A DNA stretch of 64,000 bases, from positions 3,984 through 67,983 of the forward strand of contig JAJEHK010000206.1 in the NCBI GenBank assembly GCA_022823765.1, in the 5' to 3' direction. Origin of the DNA: Alphaproteobacteria bacterium (GTDB taxonomy: Bacteria > Pseudomonadota > Alphaproteobacteria > SP197). Positions 1-9,073 of this stretch are shown piece by piece. Under the pieces are notes generated by a model. The model was not told the origin of the DNA, made no database searches, and saw only the letters and a program-made list of their open reading frames with translations. Made by a program: the position numbers and the translations under genes. Numbering within the stretch: the stretch's first letter is position 1; each line of letters opens with the position of its first letter.

Positions 1-1078
1 CGACTTCAAGGTGCGAACCGACAGCGGGGTGTCGGGCCGAGGGATTGCTGCGAGTCTTCATCGTCAGGACATGGCGTGTCTGAGGATGCCTGAGCTCGGT
101 GATTGTCTCCGAGCCGACGAAGGACACCGAGACCACCTCGCACCCGATCCGGTTGCAGGCATCACCGGACGCCGGAACGAGAGCTTCGGGACGCACCGCA
201 AGCGCGAGCCCTTCCCGGACCTGCGGCAGAGGACCATCGACGCTCATCGTACCGAAGGGGGTCGAGACCATTGTCACGGCCTCACCGGTGCTTTCGATAC
301 GGCACGGCTCGAGGATGTTGCTCGCTCCGAAGAACGCGGCAACGAAACGGCTGCGCGGCCGATAGTAGAGGTCCCTGGGGGTGCCGATCTGCTCGATGCG
401 CCCGGACCGCATCACGCAGATGCGGTCAGACACCGTGATGGCTTCGGATTGATCGTGAGTGACGAAGACGAAGGTGATACCGCTCTGCCGTTGCACGACT
501 TTGAGGAACTTCTGCATCTGGCGTCGCAAGGTCGCATCGAGCGCGGCGAGCGGTTCGTCGAGCAGGATGAGACGCGGCTCGCAGATCATGGCGCGTGCGA
601 GCGCGGTCCTCTGCTGCTGTCCGCCACTCAGTTGCGTCGGATAGCGATTGCCGAGGTCTTCGAGTTCGACAATTCCGAGCGCATCCTCGACGCGCGCGTC
701 ACGCGTCGCACGGGCAATGCCCCGCACCCGCAGGCCGAACGCGACATTTTCCCGCACCGTCATGTGGGGGAAGAGCGCATAGTCCTGAAAGACGGTGTTG
801 AAGGGGCGGCGGTTGATCGGCAGGTCGGCGATGTCACGACCGTCAAACTCGATGCGTCCGGCCGTGGGCTGCTGAAATCCGGCAATCGTGCGCAGCAGCG
901 TGGTCTTCCCCGACCCCGAGGGGCCGAGTACGGTCAGGAACTCGCCATTGAGGACGTCAAGGTCGAGGGGACGGATGGCCTCGAAGTCCTGGAAGCGGAC
1001 GCCCAGCCCGCGAATTCGCAGAAGCGGCGTCCTGTCGCCTGCCACCTCGTGCCTGCTGTCGGCGTCAGGGGCGGCCAT
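1..1078 (-). CDS. ABC transporter ATP-binding protein, PotA/FbpC-like (spermidine/putrescine-type); C-terminus runs off the window start
   Basis: Minus-strand translation from ATG at 1078 gives GPSGSGKTTLL (Walker A), FQDYALFPHMTV, LSGGQQQRTALARAM (ABC signature) and ILLDEPL (Walker B). It is absent from the supplied ORF track because there is no stop codon inside the window. The start overlaps the upstream enolase stop by 14 nt. Confidence 0.85.
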   Translation of the reverse strand, partial: MAAPDADSRHEVAGDRTPLLRIRGLGVRFQDFEAIRPLDLDVLNGEFLTVLGPSGSGKTTLLRTIAGFQQPTAGRIEFDGRDIADLPINRRPFNTVFQDYALFPHMTVRENVAFGLRVRGIARATRDARVEDALGIVELEDLGNRYPTQLSGGQQQRTALARAMICEPRLILLDEPLAALDATLRRQMQKFLKVVQRQSGITFVFVTHDQSEAITVSDRICVMRSGRIEQIGTPRDLYYRPRSRFVAAFFGASNILEPCRIESTGEAVTMVSTPFGTMSVDGPLPQVREGLALAVRPEALVPASGDACNRIGCEVVSVSFVGSETITELRHPQTRHVLTMKTRSNPSARHPAVGSHLEV

Positions 1079-2234
1079 AGGCGCGCACGGCGTCCCAGTT
1101 GATCTCCACCCCGAGGCCCGGCCTCGTGGGGGGGAGAATCTCGCCGTTTTCCAGAACCAGATCTTCCGTGGCGAGTTCGCGGCGAAGCTTCTCGATACAC
1201 AACTGCGGGGGAAGGAACTCGACAAAGGCAATCCCGGGAGTTGCGAAGGCAAGATGGGCGGTGGCGGACAGTGACACACCCGTTTTCCAGCAGTGGGGGA
1301 CCACAGGCAGGTTCCTTTCGGCCGCCATCTCGCATACCGCACGCGCCTCGCCCACACCGCCAACGCGCCCGACATCAGGCTGGACGACGCCGATCCGGCC
1401 GCGCTCGATCAGATCCTCGAATTCCCAGCGGGTCGAGAGCCACTCTCCCGAGGCGATCCGGAAGGGTGCCCAGGCCGCCAGCCTGGCATGCTCGTCGAGG
1501 AAGTCGGGCCAAAGCGGCGTCTCGACGAAGTAGAGGTCAAACTCTTCCCAGTCGCGCAGGACCGACCATGCCGTCTCGGCATCACGCCACAGGTACTGCA
1601 CATCCACCATCAGCGTCATGTCCGGTCCGAGCGTCCGGCGCACCGCCGCCACGACCTCCGTGTGGCGATCGTAGCTCTCGTTCATGCCGTCGTGGGCGTA
1701 GGGGCCTGCCATGGTGCACTCGGCCTTGACGGCCTTGAAACCGAGCTTCTTCGCGTTCTCGGCCGATTCGCAGAGCGCGTCACGATAGGCCTCGAAGCTG
1801 CTGCCAGCCGGCTGCAGGGAGGCATACGGAACAAGCGGCGTCGGGCGAGGCTCGCCGAGAAGCTTCCACAACGGCTCGCCAGCGATCTTTCCGGCGAGGT
1901 CCCGCAATGCCATCTCGACGGCACCGAGGGCGTGGATCAACGCACCGCGGCGCCCGTTCATCGCCGTCATGGTGTAGACATGGTCCCAGAGCGCCTCGAC
2001 GTTGCGGGGGTCCTTGCCCTTCAGCAGCTCAGCCATGCCGAGACCCATGGTGTGGGTGCCTGAAGCCTCGATGCAGGCACGCCCGATCCACGGGTTGAGA
2101 TCGCTTTCTCCGTAACCTTCAAGGCCCTCGTCCGTGGTAACGACGACGAGCAGGCTGTCCTGGGCCGAGGAAGTCAGACCCGGGTCGACATCGTCGGCGA
2201 CCAGGACATGACACGCGATATCGGTGATCTTCAC
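1065..2234 (-). CDS. Enolase-superfamily enzyme (mandelate racemase/muconate lactonizing enzyme family, acid-sugar dehydratase-like)
   Basis: The translation begins VKITDIACHVL and continues with an MR/MLE-type barrel. A GTG start at 2234 with an upstream G-run is preferred over the track ATG at 2282, but the start is uncertain. Confidence 0.8.
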   Translation of the reverse strand: MKITDIACHVLVADDVDPGLTSSAQDSLLVVVTTDEGLEGYGESDLNPWIGRACIEASGTHTMGLGMAELLKGKDPRNVEALWDHVYTMTAMNGRRGALIHALGAVEMALRDLAGKIAGEPLWKLLGEPRPTPLVPYASLQPAGSSFEAYRDALCESAENAKKLGFKAVKAECTMAGPYAHDGMNESYDRHTEVVAAVRRTLGPDMTLMVDVQYLWRDAETAWSVLRDWEEFDLYFVETPLWPDFLDEHARLAAWAPFRIASGEWLSTRWEFEDLIERGRIGVVQPDVGRVGGVGEARAVCEMAAERNLPVVPHCWKTGVSLSATAHLAFATPGIAFVEFLPPQLCIEKLRRELATEDLVLENGEILPPTRPGLGVEINWDAVRAYGRP

Positions 2235-2407
2235 TTGCAGCACCCCCCGCCCGTGCCGACATGCAGGTTGCCCGCACGGCAACCGGAATGCCGGTATCCG
2301 AGAGGGCCATGAACACGTTGTACGGTTGAGGCCGGACCCGAATCAACCGGTCCGGACACGAAGAAGGACGACGGGCATGCCGCGCTGCATGCCCGCCGTA
2401 TCGTCTG

Positions 2408-3412
2408 TTACTGAGCGGCCTTGACTTCGTTCCAGACGCTCACCCGGCGGTCGAAATCCTCGACAGGACGGAGCCACACCAGCTTGTCGGCGTAGTCCAG
2501 TCCGGGACTCTCGTTCGTCGTGTTCCCGTATCCGTTCTTTGCGGTCATGGCCGGGCCCGTCTCGCCGTCGAGATAATGATTGACCCACTGATGGGCGCAC
2601 TCGGAGTCCTCCACCCCCTTGGAGAGGGCCCACGTGTCGAGCCAGCCGATGCCGCCCTCATCCGGAATCGAGTACACCACATCGTAGCCGCGATTGGCGA
2701 GCTCGACCGTCTGGAATTCGCCCATCGAGAACATCAGCGTCGCCTCGCTCGAATCCCACATGTTCACGCCTTCCTCAAAGCCGGCGTAGTAGCTGATAAG
2801 ATATTGCTTCTGCTCGATCAGCTTCATCTTGACGGCATCGAAGTCGGCGTCACTGAGGTTGAACGGATCCTCGAGCCCGAGAACGATTGCCGCATTGGTC
2901 ACGTTGTTGTTGGCGTCATCGAGGGCGAGCACATGTCCCGCGTTCTCCGGGCTCCACAGGGCTTCCCAGGAATCGACCCCGTCCGGAAACGCTTCCTTGT
3001 CATAGATAAGACCAAGAGAGCCCCAGGCGATGGGAACTCCGTAGGTTTCTCCGCCGCTCATGACTTCCGCCACCGAGCTGAACGAGGGAAGCAGGTTCGA
3101 GGTGTTGGGTATCTGCGACATGTCGAAGGGAATGATCAGGCCCTGGTCGAGGTAGCGCTCGACGATCGAGGTGTCGATCGAGACAAGATCGTAGTCAGCG
3201 CCATCGCTTCCCACCATCTTGGCGAACATTTCGTCCACCGACCCGGTGTAGGCCACGCTCACCTCGCAGCCCGTGGCCTCGGTGAATGGCTCCACCCATT
3301 CCGGTTCGGAGTAGCCTTCGAAGCTGAAGAGCCGGACCTCCTGCGCCGAGGCCTGTGTGCCGGTGGCGAGGACAAGCGCCGCCGCCAGTTTCCATTCAAG
3401 CGATCGAAACAT
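2408..3412 (-). CDS. ABC transporter periplasmic substrate-binding protein, PotD/PotF (polyamine-type) family
   Basis: N-terminal signal peptide MFRSLEWKLAAALVLATGTQASA followed by a PotD-like fold. Confidence 0.8.
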   Translation of the reverse strand: MFRSLEWKLAAALVLATGTQASAQEVRLFSFEGYSEPEWVEPFTEATGCEVSVAYTGSVDEMFAKMVGSDGADYDLVSIDTSIVERYLDQGLIIPFDMSQIPNTSNLLPSFSSVAEVMSGGETYGVPIAWGSLGLIYDKEAFPDGVDSWEALWSPENAGHVLALDDANNNVTNAAIVLGLEDPFNLSDADFDAVKMKLIEQKQYLISYYAGFEEGVNMWDSSEATLMFSMGEFQTVELANRGYDVVYSIPDEGGIGWLDTWALSKGVEDSECAHQWVNHYLDGETGPAMTAKNGYGNTTNESPGLDYADKLVWLRPVEDFDRRVSVWNEVKAAQ

Positions 3413-4127
3413 GATTCATCTCCCAGTTATCTGATTCGTTGTGGTGCTCCGGCCGGTCTTCCGAGGACGACCACCAGCCGGCAATGTGTTCGCACAGCAC
3501 CGGCGCCAGATCCGAGGGGTCACCCACGGCCAGGAATCGGCGAAGTTCCTCGTGCTGCACGACGACGGCATCGAGGTCCGGATGGCTGCGGATCTCGAGT
3601 CCGAAGATGATGAGAACCTGGCGCGAGATACCTTCCCAGATGCCAAGGCCCAGTGAGTGTCCGGCCTCCGAGAGGGCGGCGCGGTGAAAGTCGACGTCGG
3701 CGCGCTGGACCTGCTCGACGTTTCCGTCCGCAGCACCCTTGCGTATCGCCTCCAGGGCCCTGTCGATCTCCGTGAAACGGGAGGGATCGGCGCGCAACCG
3801 GGGTATCGCCCTGGCGAGCAGCATCGCCTCAAGCGCAATACGCACGCCGCACACCTCACGAATCTGGCGATCATCGAAGGCAGCGACCTTCCAGCCTCGT
3901 CCCGGAGAGGAACTCAGGATCCCCTGCAGCCAGAGTTCGCGCATGGCCTCGCGGACCGGAACACGACTCACGCCAAACTCGGCGGCGAGACTCTCCTCGA
4001 CAAGACGGTGCCCGGGCGGAAACGCGCCGATGGCGATGGCGACGATGAGCCGGTCGATGACCTCGTCGGTAACCAGACGTCTGCGGATCGGCGTGATCGG
4101 AGCCAGCCCTTGGTCGCTCTGCTGCAT
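3396..4127 (-). CDS. GntR-family transcriptional regulator (FadR/FCD subfamily)
   Basis: N-terminal wHTH (LAAEFGVSRVPVREAMRELWLQG) plus a C-terminal FCD-like domain. It is divergent from the SMP-30 gene. Confidence 0.85.
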   Translation of the reverse strand: MQQSDQGLAPITPIRRRLVTDEVIDRLIVAIAIGAFPPGHRLVEESLAAEFGVSRVPVREAMRELWLQGILSSSPGRGWKVAAFDDRQIREVCGVRIALEAMLLARAIPRLRADPSRFTEIDRALEAIRKGAADGNVEQVQRADVDFHRAALSEAGHSLGLGIWEGISRQVLIIFGLEIRSHPDLDAVVVQHEELRRFLAVGDPSDLAPVLCEHIAGWWSSSEDRPEHHNESDNWEMNHVSIA

Positions 4128-4196
4128 ACTGTCATGCTATGAGACTGTATGCGGCGAGTAAAGCGCAACGGATGACGCGAGAGGAGGCTTCTGACA

Positions 4197-5096
4197 ATGC
4201 CGTTCGGAATCATCCGCCACATCGCTGCCGCGTCCCATCTGGGGGAGGCGCCGCTGTGGCTCCCGACGTCCGGCGTGTTCCTGTGGCTCGATCTTCACGG
4301 ACGCCAGGTGCACCGCTTCGATCCGCAAGGTGGAAACGACCGGGTGATTGCGAGCGGGTTCGCCGAGAACCTCGCGTGCCTTGTTCGTCTGAACGACGGG
4401 TTCGTGCTCCTTGTAACGGCGACGGGATTCCTGCGCCTCGACCCCGCAAGCGGCGACACCACACCACTGCCGGCACCCCTTCGGCCCCCTGCGGGCACCT
4501 GCTTCAACGACGGCAAGGTCGCTCCCGACGGATCTCTCTGGCTCGGGATTTCCGATGTCGACGAAGGCGAGCCGACCGGTTCGCTTCACCGCGTGAGCGC
4601 CGCGGGCGTCGAGTGCATTGACCGGGGCTTTGTCGTCGCCAACGGCCCGGCGTTCTCCCCGGATGGCAGGGATGCGTACTTCGCCGACACCGTCAGCGGC
4701 AACATTCTCCACTATGCGCTCGACGCCGGGGGACGGCCCGTCGGCCGCACGCTGTTCGCGTCGGTTCCGGCCGACGAGGGCATGCCCGACGGCATGACCA
4801 CCGACCGTGACGGGCTCCTATACAGCGCCCATTGGCAGGGCAGCTGCATCAGCGTCCGTGACCCCGGGGGGACGACGGTGGAGACGATCGCTCTTCCGGC
4901 CGGCAACGTCACCTCCTGCGCATTCGGAGGCGAGGACGGCTCGCTGCTCCTTGCGACCAGCGCGGCCCGGGACGAAGACGATGGCCCCAGGTCGCCCCAC
5001 GGCGATGCGTTCGTGCTCCGCGGCCAGTCCAGGGGAATGCCGGAGCCGGAGTTCGATCCTGCCTGGCTCGGAAGGGAAGGCCCCCCGGATCCGTGA
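4197..5096 (+). CDS. SMP-30/gluconolactonase/LRE family protein (sugar lactonase-like)
   Basis: Regucalcin-type beta-propeller motifs (EAPLW, LWLDL) and C-terminal acidic residues. Confidence 0.8.
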   Translation: MPFGIIRHIAAASHLGEAPLWLPTSGVFLWLDLHGRQVHRFDPQGGNDRVIASGFAENLACLVRLNDGFVLLVTATGFLRLDPASGDTTPLPAPLRPPAGTCFNDGKVAPDGSLWLGISDVDEGEPTGSLHRVSAAGVECIDRGFVVANGPAFSPDGRDAYFADTVSGNILHYALDAGGRPVGRTLFASVPADEGMPDGMTTDRDGLLYSAHWQGSCISVRDPGGTTVETIALPAGNVTSCAFGGEDGSLLLATSAARDEDDGPRSPHGDAFVLRGQSRGMPEPEFDPAWLGREGPPDP

Positions 5097-5128
5097 GGTC
5101 GCCTGCCTTGCGCAGCACGCGGTACCGG

Positions 5129-6259
5129 TTACCGGTCACGATGGACGTAGGCCCGGGCAAGGCGGTCTTTCAGGTCAGCGACGAAACCGGTCGTCAGGAC
5201 GGCGTCATGGGCTATGGAATGCCAGAGTCCGACCTGGTTGACATAGGACCGCATCGTCATCAGACCCTCCTCGAGCTGGTCCCACGTCAGGCCCATCGCT
5301 TCGGGACGAATGTCGAGGCCGATGCCGGAGATGGTATCGAGCATCTCCTCGGCTTCGACACCGTGCAGCATCGAGCCGACGATGACGCCGAGGCACACGG
5401 GCTGACCGTGGAGGAACTTCTTCCCTGTCAGCTTTTCCAGTGTGTAGAAGAGGAAATGGTCGGTTCCCTCGATGTGGCGGGGACACCACCCCGACCCGTG
5501 ATAGCTCGTGCCCCACTTCAGGCCGTCGGCCAGCGCGTCGATGCCGCTGTCGTTCATGGCACGGATGTTGTCGACGTTCTCGACGACCGTCCTGACCTTG
5601 GTCAGGGACTGCCTCGCCAGATTTCCGTCGAACCGCCACTTTTCTTCGATCTTGCCTTCCCTTTCGGCATAGCGCCAGTCCAGGACCCCGGTGTGAAAAC
5701 AGAGGATGTCGCCAATTCCAGACCAGTTCAGCGCCGGCGGACAGCCAGCCAGAACGTCATAGTCGATGTAGATGGCCTGCGGCACGGCCCAGCCGCGATA
5801 GACGACCCGCCCGTCGAGCCGGACACCCGAGCGCTGGCCGTAGACGGCATTCACCGACAGGGCGGTCGGCGCCTGGAAGAGCGGCAGGTTCAGGCGCCAC
5901 GAGAAGTATTTCGCGACGTCCAGCGCCTGGCCCCCACCAAGCCCGACGATGGCGCGAACCTCACCGAGATTCGCGGCCTCCCGGTCGAGGTCGGCCTGTT
6001 CGATCGACCCGCAGAAGTAGGGCCTGCAGTCGGCGCCGGCGAAATGACGGGAGAAGAGTGGCCAGAGGTCGTCCATCGTGACGACGAGGAATGGCGGATT
6101 GACGAAATGGCGGAACTCGTCCAGCAGACCGCGACCGAACACGGTCGGAAATCCGTAGGCGAGGTCCTGTTGGTGATCGTGAGGCAAATCGTTCTCTCCC
6201 GTGCTGAGCCACGCCGACCGGTCAGGCGTCACCGTGGGGTGTCCACCTGTGAGAATCAA
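5129..6259 (-). CDS. DHQS/iron-containing alcohol dehydrogenase superfamily protein, glycerol-1-phosphate dehydrogenase (AraM/EgsA)-like; paralog A
   Basis: GLGGGQALDVAKY glycine-rich NAD motif. About 55% identity to the protein at 9070..10113 (shared strings LVVTM-DLWP, WRLNLPLFQ, YHGSGW, PRHIEG). An alternative TTG start near 6187 with a GGGAGAG RBS is possible. Confidence 0.75.
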   Translation of the reverse strand: MILTGGHPTVTPDRSAWLSTGENDLPHDHQQDLAYGFPTVFGRGLLDEFRHFVNPPFLVVTMDDLWPLFSRHFAGADCRPYFCGSIEQADLDREAANLGEVRAIVGLGGGQALDVAKYFSWRLNLPLFQAPTALSVNAVYGQRSGVRLDGRVVYRGWAVPQAIYIDYDVLAGCPPALNWSGIGDILCFHTGVLDWRYAEREGKIEEKWRFDGNLARQSLTKVRTVVENVDNIRAMNDSGIDALADGLKWGTSYHGSGWCPRHIEGTDHFLFYTLEKLTGKKFLHGQPVCLGVIVGSMLHGVEAEEMLDTISGIGLDIRPEAMGLTWDQLEEGLMTMRSYVNQVGLWHSIAHDAVLTTGFVADLKDRLARAYVHRDR

Positions 6260-6309
6260 ACGACCGTCTCGATCGCCGGAACAGGCGGGCTTCGAAGCGT
6301 TTGTCCGTG

Positions 6310-7521
6310 TTACAGGGCGACATCACGGTTCCCCGACCAGCTCAGGATCGCCGCCTCGCGGGCGCGCTTGACATCGCTCCAGCCTTGGCGACAGCCATCG
6401 CCCCGTGCCTGGAAAAGGTCGACTTCTTCCCGGATGGCGACAGCGACTGCAGCGGCTTCCGCGTCGGTCAGATTGCAAGGGTCGAGGTAGAGTTCCTGCC
6501 GCTCGACGAGATCGTCGCGCACCACGATGCCGGGAGACCGGGCGGCAAGCCGGGCGGCCAGTTCCCAGGCATGGAAACCCGCTTCCCGGGGCGCGATGGT
6601 GATGCGGGTCCGCGTGATCGGGTTGCCGGTCCAGTCGGCATGGCTGGTGACGGAGACACCGGACATGTCCGCGAGTTCGCGCATCCAGAGGGCTGCGCGC
6701 GCCTCCTCGGCCCGCCGGGCGGCGCCGTGATCGCGTTTCTCCCATGACTCGAGCGCTGCCATGGCGCCGACGACGCTCTCCTTGCCTGCTTTCATCGTCC
6801 GTCCGATTCCGCGGTGCTGAAGATAGGTGGCACGAATGAGATCGGAGTTTCCCGCAACGACGGCGCTCGTGACTCCCGAGAGGAACTTGTGGCCGGAATG
6901 GATCGTGGCGGATGCACCGAGTTCGATGGGTCCGGTGAGATCGTATTCGGCGGCCATGTCGACGATCGCCGGTACGCCATGCTCGCGGCACAGGTTGATG
7001 AAGACATCCATGGGAAGTTCGTTTTCGCGCACCGTATGGTGCGAGACGACGTACATGGCCGCTACTGCGCCTGCGGCCAGGGCGTCGACGAGGTGCCAGG
7101 TTTCGCAAGCCGCAGCGGTTCCAACGGGAACGACCTCGGCTCCGGCGAGGCGGATTGCCTGATCGACCGGCGCGCCATAGTTCACCATGTGTCCCATGGG
7201 CAGCAGGACACGCCGCTCCCCAGCGACGGAAGGCAGCGCCTCGATCCTGGCAAGATCAGCGCCTGTGAGACATGCGGCGACCGTCTGCGTCATGGCGGCC
7301 GCAGAGCATGAGGCGATACACCCCGCCTCGGCACCGGTCACGCGCGCGACGACGGCGCCTGCGCGCGACTGCAGTTCGTCCATGTCGACGAAGGACGCAA
7401 GGATCCGGTCGACGCACGCACGCACGTCCTCGGGCACCCTCGATGCGCCGATGCGCGTCATCGTCCCGGAGACGTTGATGACCGGGGTGAGATTCCACCG
7501 GCCGAAGGGATCGTCCGTCAT
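6310..7521 (-). CDS. SelA-like PLP-dependent enzyme (L-seryl-tRNA selenium transferase family; DgaE-type ammonia-lyase-like)
   Basis: N-terminus TPVINVSGTMTRIG and a putative PLP-lysine in SGHKFLSG, with the overall SelA-like fold. A 4-nt ATGA overlap with the upstream ATPase gene. Confidence 0.7.
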   Translation of the reverse strand: MTDDPFGRWNLTPVINVSGTMTRIGASRVPEDVRACVDRILASFVDMDELQSRAGAVVARVTGAEAGCIASCSAAAMTQTVAACLTGADLARIEALPSVAGERRVLLPMGHMVNYGAPVDQAIRLAGAEVVPVGTAAACETWHLVDALAAGAVAAMYVVSHHTVRENELPMDVFINLCREHGVPAIVDMAAEYDLTGPIELGASATIHSGHKFLSGVTSAVVAGNSDLIRATYLQHRGIGRTMKAGKESVVGAMAALESWEKRDHGAARRAEEARAALWMRELADMSGVSVTSHADWTGNPITRTRITIAPREAGFHAWELAARLAARSPGIVVRDDLVERQELYLDPCNLTDAEAAAVAVAIREEVDLFQARGDGCRQGWSDVKRAREAAILSWSGNRDVAL

Positions 7522-8561
7522 GGCAGCCGTTCTCCGGTCGTGCTGTCGAAAAAGTGCAGCCGGTCCGGCCGGAGCGCGAGCGACAGCGTCTCGCCGGCAC
7601 GAACCGTACCGCGTATGTCACCGCTGGTCCGGACGGTCAGGTGCGCACCACGGGCATTGCTGAGATGAAGAAGCGCCTCATGGCCGAGGTCCTCGATCCT
7701 GTTGACGCGCGCCGCGCCGATCGGGACCCCGCCTTCGGTCAACCCGATCAGGAGGTGTTCGGGTCGGATTCCAAGCGTCGATCCGCGACCGTGGGCGACC
7801 GTCGCTGCGGCGTCGCCAAGGAGGTCCTTCGCGTCAAGCAGGTTCATGCGCGGACTGCCTATGAAACCTGCCACGAAGGTATTCGCGGGCTGTTCGTAGA
7901 GTTCGGTGGGGACACCGATCTGCATGATCCGGCCCTGGTTCATCACCGCGATCCGGTCACCCATCGTCATGGCCTCGACCTGGTCATGGGTCACGTAGAC
8001 CGTGGTCGTCGTCAGCTGGCGCTGCATCTCGGAGATCTCTCCACGCATCTGAACCCTGAGTTCCGCATCGAGATTGGACAGCGGTTCGTCGAAGAGGAAG
8101 GCATCCGGCCTGCGAATCATGGCACGTCCCAGGGCAACGCGCTGCGCCTGGCCACCCGAAAGCTGACGGGGCTTGCGGCCGAGAAGGTCGCCGAGACCCA
8201 GCGTGTCGGCGACGCGCACGACCTCGGACTTGACGGTGGCGGGATCGGTCTTCCTGATTCTCAGTCCGAAGGAGAGATTGTCGCGCACCGTCATGTTGGG
8301 GAACAGCGCGTAGGACTGGAACACCATCGAGATGTTGCGCTGGGCGGGCGACAGGTGGTTGGCGCGTTCGCCGCCGATCATCAGGTCGCCCGATGAGATG
8401 GTCTCGAGGCCCGCGATCATCCGAAGCGTGGTCGACTTGGCGCAACCCGAGGGACCCACCAGCACCATGAACTCTCCCTCGCGGACGTAGAGGTCGAGGC
8501 CGGAGATGACCTCGACATCGCCGTAGCTCTTCGCAACGTCCAGAAACCGGATGTCTCTCAT
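7518..8561 (-). CDS. ABC transporter ATP-binding protein, MalK/UgpC (carbohydrate) type
   Basis: GPSGCAKST (Walker A), LSGGQAQRVALGRA (signature), FLFDEPLSNLD (Walker B) and a C-terminal TOBE-like regulatory domain. Confidence 0.9.
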   Translation of the reverse strand: MRDIRFLDVAKSYGDVEVISGLDLYVREGEFMVLVGPSGCAKSTTLRMIAGLETISSGDLMIGGERANHLSPAQRNISMVFQSYALFPNMTVRDNLSFGLRIRKTDPATVKSEVVRVADTLGLGDLLGRKPRQLSGGQAQRVALGRAMIRRPDAFLFDEPLSNLDAELRVQMRGEISEMQRQLTTTTVYVTHDQVEAMTMGDRIAVMNQGRIMQIGVPTELYEQPANTFVAGFIGSPRMNLLDAKDLLGDAAATVAHGRGSTLGIRPEHLLIGLTEGGVPIGAARVNRIEDLGHEALLHLSNARGAHLTVRTSGDIRGTVRAGETLSLALRPDRLHFFDSTTGERLP

Positions 8562-9073
8562 CGCAATGCGTTCCAGTCCGGGGAAATCGAAACGATCGCG
8601 TCAATCTCGACGGTGATGTTGCCGGGCAGGGATCCCATGCCGACGGCCGTGCGCGCATGCCTGCCCCGTTCACCGAAGACGTCGCAGAACAGGTTGGAAC
8701 AACCGTCGATGACCGCCGGGTGATCAACGAAGTCGGGTCCGGCATTGACCATGCCGAAGACACGGCGGATCTGCGCGACATGCTCAAGCGAGCCAAGAAT
8801 TTCCCTTATTGCGGCGATCAGCACGAGACCGGTTCTTTGTGCGTGGTGGAACGCTTCATGGACAGGAACGTCAAGCCCGACCTTGCCGGTTGCCAGCCGG
8901 CCGCATTCCAGGACCGGCCCCTGGCCCGACAGATAGAGCGTCGTGCCGTCGATGGAGCCCAGGTCGAAGTTCCCGACAGGCGCGGGTGTCGGGGGAATGA
9001 CATGGCCGAGTTCGGCAAGCCGCCGGTCTGCGACACACTCCGGGCCAGCCGTTCCGCGTCGTTGTGTGTTCAT
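8558..9073 (-). CDS. RidA/YjgF/TdcF family protein (reactive enamine/imine deaminase)
   Basis: YjgF-type chorismate-mutase-like fold of about 170 aa. It is overlap-coupled to both neighbouring genes. Confidence 0.75.
   Translation of the reverse strand: MNTQRRGTAGPECVADRRLAELGHVIPPTPAPVGNFDLGSIDGTTLYLSGQGPVLECGRLATGKVGLDVPVHEAFHHAQRTGLVLIAAIREILGSLEHVAQIRRVFGMVNAGPDFVDHPAVIDGCSNLFCDVFGERGRHARTAVGMGSLPGNITVEIDAIVSISPDWNALR

Noticed and set aside
11-1102. 363-aa plus-strand ORF at the window start
   Set aside because: It is antisense to a clear ABC ATPase gene (Walker A/B and LSGGQ read on the minus strand) and has low-complexity Arg/Gly/Ala-rich translation typical of GC-rich shadow frames.
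2283-2407. Possible alternative longer start (ATG 2282) for the first enolase-superfamily gene
   Set aside because: The extra 16 residues (MPCGQPACRHGRGVLQ) are not part of the conserved MKITDI N-terminus. A GTG at 2234 follows a G-rich RBS-like tract. Either way the start remains uncertain.
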